A stretch of 64,000 nucleotides of DNA from a virus, in the IMG/VR virus record IMGVR_UViG_3300020186_000001, positions 44,330 to 108,329 of that record; one strand, written 5' to 3'. The position numbers were made by a program, and so were the translations under genes. Positions 57,546 to 64,000 of this stretch are shown here, piece by piece (position 1 is the first letter of the stretch; each line of letters opens with the position of its first letter). The notes beneath the pieces were generated by a model. That model had not been told where the DNA came from. It saw only the letters and a program-made list of their open reading frames with translations, and did no database searches.

Positions 57546-59036
57546 ATGAGCTTTTTAAAAGTCACGTCAACAACAGCGGTTGCTATTCCAGATTTGGGCT
57601 ACACAGTCCCAGCTAGTTCTACAGTTGTTCTTTCAGGTCAGTTTTCAATTGATGATTTATATCTCTCAGCGGATCTTGAGGCGGCTATCATCGCAGCAGC
57701 TCTCGCGGTTGAGATTGATTACGGCACAGGCTACACGGCGGTTCTGGCGGCAGATTACACCAATCGTGATGCACTAGCGGCGTTCATGAACGTGTATGAG
57801 ATCACTAATCAGAACAACAACGAAGATCTAGTCGATGGTTCAGAGGTTAACGCTTCCGGTCCTTCCGCAGCTCCTCTCCACATTCACGATGCTAGATATT
57901 TCAGAGAGAACGAGTTGACACCGGTCACAGGCGCAGGGCTTATCGGTGCAGACGACGCGGTGTGGGATCCAACTATGACCTTCACTACAGTGCAGGGGTT
58001 CATTGATGGGCTTTACACCTATTTGAGCGGCTTTGATTTGGACAATGTTTATGACAATGACGCTGATGGCGTCATGAATATTGATGGATCGTTTCCTCTT
58101 GATCTTCGTTCTGATGGAACAAACGATGTGGTCTTTGCTTCACGCAAGATCGGTGCTGATTATCAGAGGGCTGGACAGTTAGATGTATCAGCAGATCAGG
58201 TTATTCTCGGTGCTTTGGCAGCGGGTGCATTGGCACAGATTGATATAAGAGTTGTGAGCAATATGATCGTTGATGGGAACTTAACCATCACTGGTGCGCT
58301 CACAGACACCACAGTTGACACACTAAACGTCACCAATGCGAATATCCGTTTAAGAGATGGTGCGACAGGCATCGCAGCGACTGACGCTTATGTTGAAGTT
58401 GAACGTGGAACGAGCGGTGCAGACTCACAGCTTCTATGGAATGAGGTATCAGGTCGTTGGCAGGCTGGTATCGTTGGAGCGATTCACACGCTTGCATGGA
58501 TTGATTACAGTGAGGTGATCACAGGTATTTGGGAGATGCAAGGCGGTGCAGCTACCGATCCAAGCATGTATCTTACTAACAAGGCATCGGCACCATCTAC
58601 GAATCTCGGTGCAGCAGGACAGATCGCACTAGCGTCTATCACCAATATCCCTGCTTATTATGATCAGACTAGGACAAAGTGGCTTTCGATGTATCGCGAG
58701 TATATGACGTTTTCAGGTCGTGATAATTCCAATAACGCTAACGAGTATTTGCGTGCTGGCGAGTTCACTTCTAACCAAGGTGGTCCAAGACTTCTTAGGA
58801 ACATGGTGCTTATTGGCATTTCAGGTCAAACCAATGGTGCAGAGACGTGGACGGTTCGGGTTCGCAAGAATGGATCGGCAACGAACCTTGCATCGTTGGC
58901 TATCACAGCAGCGGCGGGTGCTCAGCAGATCAATACCAGTGTTGATTTTAACGCAGGCGACGATATTGAAGTATACTGTGATGGATCGAGTGTTAATCGT
59001 CCGACAGTGCGGTTGGAGTGGGCAGCAAGGTTTTAA
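57546..59036 (+). CDS. Fibre-like structural protein (domains Y and X)
   Basis: HIHDARY; VDGNLTITG; EVERGT...LLWNE. Confidence 0.7.
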   Translation: MSFLKVTSTTAVAIPDLGYTVPASSTVVLSGQFSIDDLYLSADLEAAIIAAALAVEIDYGTGYTAVLAADYTNRDALAAFMNVYEITNQNNNEDLVDGSEVNASGPSAAPLHIHDARYFRENELTPVTGAGLIGADDAVWDPTMTFTTVQGFIDGLYTYLSGFDLDNVYDNDADGVMNIDGSFPLDLRSDGTNDVVFASRKIGADYQRAGQLDVSADQVILGALAAGALAQIDIRVVSNMIVDGNLTITGALTDTTVDTLNVTNANIRLRDGATGIAATDAYVEVERGTSGADSQLLWNEVSGRWQAGIVGAIHTLAWIDYSEVITGIWEMQGGAATDPSMYLTNKASAPSTNLGAAGQIALASITNIPAYYDQTRTKWLSMYREYMTFSGRDNSNNANEYLRAGEFTSNQGGPRLLRNMVLIGISGQTNGAETWTVRVRKNGSATNLASLAITAAAGAQQINTSVDFNAGDDIEVYCDGSSVNRPTVRLEWAARF

Positions 59037-59049
59037 TTAGGGGTGCGGT

Positions 59050-59583
59050 ATGGGTTTATTTGTTTCAACTACAGGCGTGGATGTTTCTATTCCTGAGTTG
59101 GGAATAGTCATCCTAGATCCGACGGTTGATTTTGATTTGCCAGCTCAGTTCAGTGCAGAGGAGATTCAACACGCTAAGACTTTGACGGATAGAATTCTCG
59201 ATGGGACGTTAGTGTGGCGGAAGGTCGCAGCGGGTGCGGTTCAGACTCCTTCTAATTATGATCCAGAATACTATGAGATTAGCGAAGAGAATACAGGCAC
59301 AGGCAAGTATGAAGATCGTTCTCCGGTGTTTGGAGATCTTTTAAAGGACAAGAGTGGCAGGGTTTTACCAGCAAGCTTTGCTGGCAATCCTAAGAAGGCA
59401 GCAGTGGTGTTTGCATCGGCTTTCCCAGACAATAATTATGCTGTTAACATAACAGGGTTGGATGGGAGAGTTTGGTTGCCAGAAGCAGTTTTGTTGGGTG
59501 GATTTGTGATTAATTCGCAAGCCAACCTTGCACCGATTCAGATTGTGTATTGGACGGCTATTTATCAAGGCGAATCTAATTAA
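59050..59583 (+). CDS. Structural protein (domains Y and Z)
   Basis: Shares N-domain with 57546 and C-domain with 59599. Confidence 0.65.
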   Translation: MGLFVSTTGVDVSIPELGIVILDPTVDFDLPAQFSAEEIQHAKTLTDRILDGTLVWRKVAAGAVQTPSNYDPEYYEISEENTGTGKYEDRSPVFGDLLKDKSGRVLPASFAGNPKKAAVVFASAFPDNNYAVNITGLDGRVWLPEAVLLGGFVINSQANLAPIQIVYWTAIYQGESN

Positions 59584-59598
59584 CCAAGGAGAGAGACG

Positions 59599-60588
59599 AT
59601 GCCATTAATAATTGATCAACTAGTATCAGAAGGCTTGGTAGACCATAAATCCCTGCGAACGCAGGTCGCAGCTACGGTTGCGAGTGCATCAACACTTTCT
59701 CTTGTTGTTGGATCAGAGATGATTCAGGTCATCACGGGATCGGTAGCTGGTCAAATTGTAAAGCTACCTGATGCAACTACCTTGACAGTTGGATATCGCT
59801 ACGAGGTGTGGAACGCTACTTCAGTCAACGTCACGGTGAATGACAATGCTAGTGCGTTGTTGGTTCTTTTGGCTCCTAATGAGCGTGTTATTTTTATTCT
59901 GCAAACTGCTACTCCGGCAGCGGGTGTGTGGTTGTGGTCCATTCTCACAAAAACCTCAGCAGCGGAACAATTCTTAGTTACGTATCCAGGCACAGGGCTA
60001 TCTGTAAACTACACTGGTGGTACTGCGAGGTTTAACGGCGTCAGTACAGCGGTGGCGGCAGGCTCAATCACATTGGGTGCGAGCATCACTGGGGGTTGGG
60101 TTTTTATTACAACGGGTGGTGCGGTTTCCTCTGGAACGACGCTTCCTGATGGAGCGACTCCTTTAGCACAGTTCACAACGAGCGGCAGTGCGGTCACATC
60201 TCTCACGGATCAAAGAGAGACGATTGATGCGAACACTGTGTGGGGTGTGGTCGGTGATATCGTTTCTAATATTTATAACAGGGCGGCAGCAGCGGGGACT
60301 CTTGAGAAGTACGCTAGAGCGGATCACGCCCACTTAAATAACTCTTTGCTTAATCGTGCGGGAGTAGTCACAGCGGGTACGTTTGCGGGTAGTCCTAAGA
60401 AGGCTACTGTGACATTTGGAACTGCAATGCCTTCTGCTACCTATTCAATCAGCCTTAGCGGTGGCGACGGTAGAACATTTACTTATGAGACGAGGACTAC
60501 GGCTGGATTCGTTATTAATGCAAATGCAAACCAAGCATTAACAGCAGACGTGAGCTGGGAAGCAACAATTACAGGTGAAGCGACTTAA
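59599..60588 (+). CDS. Fibre-like structural protein (domains W and Z)
   Basis: ARADHAH fibre motif; VKLPDATTL. Confidence 0.7.
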   Translation: MPLIIDQLVSEGLVDHKSLRTQVAATVASASTLSLVVGSEMIQVITGSVAGQIVKLPDATTLTVGYRYEVWNATSVNVTVNDNASALLVLLAPNERVIFILQTATPAAGVWLWSILTKTSAAEQFLVTYPGTGLSVNYTGGTARFNGVSTAVAAGSITLGASITGGWVFITTGGAVSSGTTLPDGATPLAQFTTSGSAVTSLTDQRETIDANTVWGVVGDIVSNIYNRAAAAGTLEKYARADHAHLNNSLLNRAGVVTAGTFAGSPKKATVTFGTAMPSATYSISLSGGDGRTFTYETRTTAGFVINANANQALTADVSWEATITGEAT

Positions 60589-61322
60589 TGCCTCAGATCA
60601 TTGACGCAGTTACAGTTGAGGGGTTACTGACGCATACATCTAAGGTGTGTGTTCCAGCTACTCAAGCAACAGCGGCTAGTACGCTGTCTCTCACTGTTGC
60701 GTCCAACATGTCTCAGTATTTCACTGGAACTACGGCTGGTCAGATCGTTCGGCTACCAAATGCTACGACACTTGCAATCGGTCAGCGGTATGAGATTTAC
60801 AATCAGTCTACTCAGAGTATCGATATTCAAGATGGAGCCTCTGGTGCTTTGCTAACTCTGCCCAATACGACAATCACTTACTTGACGCTTCAGCTTAATG
60901 GGAATTCAGCAGGATCATGGATTTTCTGGTCTATCTCAGCATCTGTGGTGGCTGGTGGTGTGACAAACTTTAATCTCACCTCGTCTACTGCGTTCACTAC
61001 TTCGTCTCAGACCGATGTTGTTATCACTGGTTTTACTGTTACCCCTTCCGCTGGCACGTATGGAATTTGGTACAACGCTTCGGTGTACTATACAACGACA
61101 CCAAAAGCTCATTATTGGAGCATATATAAAGCGGGTGTGGGGGTAGCAGATTCAGCAAGGCAACAGGATACGGCTCACTCAAATCAAACGATGGTTGATA
61201 GCACTATGTCTATCGTTCAAGTCAATGGTTCTCAGGCCATTGACGTAAGGGTTCGCTGTGCTAACACGGGAGCTTTAACCGTCAATGATCGGTCGTTACT
61301 TCTAAGCAGATTGGGGTCATAA
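60588..61322 (+). CDS. Fibre-like structural protein (domains W and V)
   Basis: Shares N-domain with 59599. Confidence 0.65.
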   Translation: MPQIIDAVTVEGLLTHTSKVCVPATQATAASTLSLTVASNMSQYFTGTTAGQIVRLPNATTLAIGQRYEIYNQSTQSIDIQDGASGALLTLPNTTITYLTLQLNGNSAGSWIFWSISASVVAGGVTNFNLTSSTAFTTSSQTDVVITGFTVTPSAGTYGIWYNASVYYTTTPKAHYWSIYKAGVGVADSARQQDTAHSNQTMVDSTMSIVQVNGSQAIDVRVRCANTGALTVNDRSLLLSRLGS

Positions 61323-61323
61323 G

Positions 61324-62022
61324 ATGGCTGATTATGTTTACACAAAAACACCTGTCGCAGTTGATAGACTAGCAAACGAGATAGCGATATCAGCTATCGT
61401 TACTGCACTTAATAACTGCTCGACGCTTGGAGCACAGCTCACAGTCGTCATGAGAGATACACTTAGTGCAGGCGACGAAACCATCTTGAATGAGATTGTG
61501 TCAGCACACACTGGTGTACCATTAACCATTGTTCAACCAACGCAGCCAGTATCAGTAACTTCTCAACCAGATCCAGTGCCATTCGCTCAGCCTACTTATA
61601 GAACTAAACGAGACACCTCTGGCGGCATTACAACGGTTGCAAAGAACACCACTGGGTATACTGAATTTCAGCTTGGTGCGGAGCGTTACGTTTCGGGAGG
61701 AGACGTAATAATTGAGAATGCTGAGTTCGGTGATTACTTAATTGCGAAAGTAACGGACGTGGCAGAAATTATTCCGGCACCGTATCGTGCGGCGTTGTGT
61801 GAGGCGTGGCCTATTGTTGCAACATACATCGTCAAAGCGTATGTGCCAGTTAGGACTCCAGGGTCGATCCAGGCTGGGAGCATAACGACATACTCGATAG
61901 ACACTTATCCTCTCAACGCAAAGATCACGGCTGGGCTTTTCTTAGAGGTCGAATATCATGCGGTTGACGTTGGGCTGAGTAGGCGGTTTGTAGTGAATTA
62001 TAATTTAACTAGAAAGCTGTAA
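61324..62022 (+). CDS. Probable structural protein
   Basis: Context and composition. Confidence 0.5.
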   Translation: MADYVYTKTPVAVDRLANEIAISAIVTALNNCSTLGAQLTVVMRDTLSAGDETILNEIVSAHTGVPLTIVQPTQPVSVTSQPDPVPFAQPTYRTKRDTSGGITTVAKNTTGYTEFQLGAERYVSGGDVIIENAEFGDYLIAKVTDVAEIIPAPYRAALCEAWPIVATYIVKAYVPVRTPGSIQAGSITTYSIDTYPLNAKITAGLFLEVEYHAVDVGLSRRFVVNYNLTRKL

Positions 62023-62024
62023 AC

Positions 62025-62594
62025 ATGACGATTAGGAGCACCATACTTGATGCGGTCGTCCCAATAACAAAATGGATCGGTAGAACACACGTCCCGTATT
62101 CAGTCAAAAAGATGAGGGCAAAGGATTACCGTGAGATTGTAGAGGTGGCATCTCCAGGCATGATCTTGCTTTCAAAGATTGATGGGCAGATGACTAATCT
62201 GTTTATTCCAGGGGAATACAAGCATGGTGCGGTTTACCGCGATGAGTTCACGGTTGTTGAGGCTATTAGCAAGGGCGTTGTGCAGACGGACATTATTGAT
62301 TTCCTTTTAACCAAGGACAAGGTTTGCCTTCTTGAGCCGATGTTTGCAGACAGAGATCAGATGGAGCAGGTGGCAGATTGGTGTGATTTGCAGTTGGGAT
62401 TTCCATACGATTATAAGTTTGGTGGCGACGTGAAAGCTTTCTACTGTTTTGAATTGGCGTATGCGGCTTACAAAGAAATATGTCCAGGCTCACCTTGGGA
62501 GCTACGCAATACACTTGGCGAGCCAACGGTCACAGGCGATGATTACCTAAACGCTTCGAGCAAGTGGCGTATCGTTGGACAGTGGCCTAAGTAA
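62025..62594 (+). CDS. Permuted papain-like (YiiX/YebB, NlpC/P60) hydrolase
   Basis: YKHGAVY precedes PYDYKF...FYCFEL. Confidence 0.8.
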   Translation: MTIRSTILDAVVPITKWIGRTHVPYSVKKMRAKDYREIVEVASPGMILLSKIDGQMTNLFIPGEYKHGAVYRDEFTVVEAISKGVVQTDIIDFLLTKDKVCLLEPMFADRDQMEQVADWCDLQLGFPYDYKFGGDVKAFYCFELAYAAYKEICPGSPWELRNTLGEPTVTGDDYLNASSKWRIVGQWPK

Positions 62595-62685
62595 AATAAA
62601 AGTGGATCTCAATCAGAACTTCGGTTAAGCTATTCAAAATACACATACATGTCATTTCAATAGCTTGACGGATTAGATTGACCCG

Positions 62686-64000
62686 ATGACTCCTGACACT
62701 TCCAGAACGCCTACGGATATGGGTTATGTCCTTGACGAAGAGATACTTCTTCGCAGGGATTTGTCCTATTTCGCAGAAGTAATCCTAGATATGGAGATCA
62801 GTGATCACCATAAATCGTGGGCATCGCTAGTCTCCAGGCACAAAAAGCTTGCGATTGAGGCTCCGAGGGATCACGGCAAGTCTTTCATGTTCTCGTTTGC
62901 TTATGCGATATGGCGAGCTTATTTCAATTGGATTCCGCCATCACTGATGACTGGGTTTAAATCCATTCCGCGTATCTCTGTTGGTTATATCTTTTCGAAT
63001 ACTCAAGATCAGGCGATCAAGCTTTTAAGCATGGTAAAGCATGAGATCGAGAGCAACGAGAGATTGAGGCATCTTTACCCTAGCGACAAGGATGTCTGGT
63101 CTAAGACAGAGATCAAGCTATCAAACAACGCGGCTATCAGAGCACGCGGGTGGGGACAATCAGTTAGGGGTGCTCACCCCGTTTGGATCGTTTGTGATGA
63201 CGTTTTAAACGATGAGACGATCTATTCAGAATTAACTAGATCAAAGCAGATTGATTACTTCTTCAGTGCGGTGACACCGATGCTTGTCCCTGGTGGCCAG
63301 CTTGTAGTTGTCGGGACGCCTTTTCATCAAGAAGATCTGTATCAAAAGCTTTCTGAGAATACGACGTACCACTTCAGTCGCTCACCTGCAATCAATGAGA
63401 ACGGTGCGGCCTTATGGCCTACGCGGTACAGCAAAGAGATGTTGATGAGTCGCAAGAGCGAAGTTGGATCAACCCGCTTTGCAAGGGAATACTTATGCCT
63501 TCCAATTTCTGATGATTCTTCTTTATTCCCTGAACGCATTCTCACGCAATGCTTTGACCATGAATTTCAAATGCCGAATATTCTCACAAGTCAGGATCGT
63601 AGGGATCTCCGAGTATTCACGGGTGTGGATTTGGCTATGTCCTCCACAGTGGGAGCTGACTACACAGTTATTACAACTCTTGGTGTAGACAAGTTCCAGA
63701 ATCGTTGGATTCTCGATATCAGAAGAAAGCGTGGTCTTTCTCTCATGGAGCAGCTTAGAGAGATTGAAGACGTGAACAAGAACTATAGACCTCTCAAGGT
63801 TTTGATCGAGGATAATTCGTTTCAAAGGATCTTCAGAGATGAGCTTATTCGCAACACGGATATTCCAGTGCAGGGGTTTACTACAACCGCACACAACAAG
63901 AATGCTTTGGATCGGGGTGTTCCTTCGCTTCAGATTCTATTCGAGAACAGGAAGTTTGTTATTGGCAGGAAAACTGAGGCTGATCGCTTAATCACAGATA
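62686..64000 (+). CDS. terL: Terminase large subunit, 3'-truncated (absent from ORF track)
   Basis: APRDHGKS, RGAHP.WIVCDD, VVVGTP, TGVDLA. Confidence 0.92.
   Translation, partial: MTPDTSRTPTDMGYVLDEEILLRRDLSYFAEVILDMEISDHHKSWASLVSRHKKLAIEAPRDHGKSFMFSFAYAIWRAYFNWIPPSLMTGFKSIPRISVGYIFSNTQDQAIKLLSMVKHEIESNERLRHLYPSDKDVWSKTEIKLSNNAAIRARGWGQSVRGAHPVWIVCDDVLNDETIYSELTRSKQIDYFFSAVTPMLVPGGQLVVVGTPFHQEDLYQKLSENTTYHFSRSPAINENGAALWPTRYSKEMLMSRKSEVGSTRFAREYLCLPISDDSSLFPERILTQCFDHEFQMPNILTSQDRRDLRVFTGVDLAMSSTVGADYTVITTLGVDKFQNRWILDIRRKRGLSLMEQLREIEDVNKNYRPLKVLIEDNSFQRIFRDELIRNTDIPVQGFTTTAHNKNALDRGVPSLQILFENRKFVIGRKTEADRLITD

Noticed and set aside
1-64000. Stop-codon reassignment
   Set aside because: Conserved genes are full length in code 11; the helicase break is a frame change, not an in-frame stop

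Overview
64-kb internal segment of a large tailed dsDNA phage genome (Caudoviricetes). No integrase, rRNA or CRISPR array is seen. Layout: (i) 1-11.9 kb (+) virion fibre/decoration genes, a LamG receptor-binding protein followed by cassette remnants, and holin/spanin-like genes; (ii) 11.9-20.9 kb (-) putative early region (MoxR AAA+/VWA pair, HDAC-family deacetylase, ATP-dependent ligase, WGR protein) behind six copies of a sigma28/FliA-like promoter; (iii) a tRNA-Met(CAT) and a leftward block of primase, DnaB-like helicase, phage sigma factor and an SF2 helicase apparently split by a trans-splicing intein; (iv) an AT-rich candidate origin at about 27.1-27.8 kb; (v) a rightward arm with CHAP endolysin, dNK, intein-containing DnaE, UvsY/SSB/RecA/SbcCD/resolvase, ParB-N plus adenine MTase, RRM protein, a tRNA-like ncRNA, antirepressor and an Acb2/Tad1-like protein; (vi) a second structural cluster and the start of TerL. 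Most notable: a shared C-terminal peptide F-M-x-[ED]-L-x-x-I-stop on at least 8 unrelated proteins, the sigma28-like promoters, the split intein, a dispersed parS-like palindrome and a 184-nt tRNA-like RNA. The host is unknown; a flagellated diderm such as Bdellovibrionota is an inference only. All calls come from manual motif reading, with no database searches.
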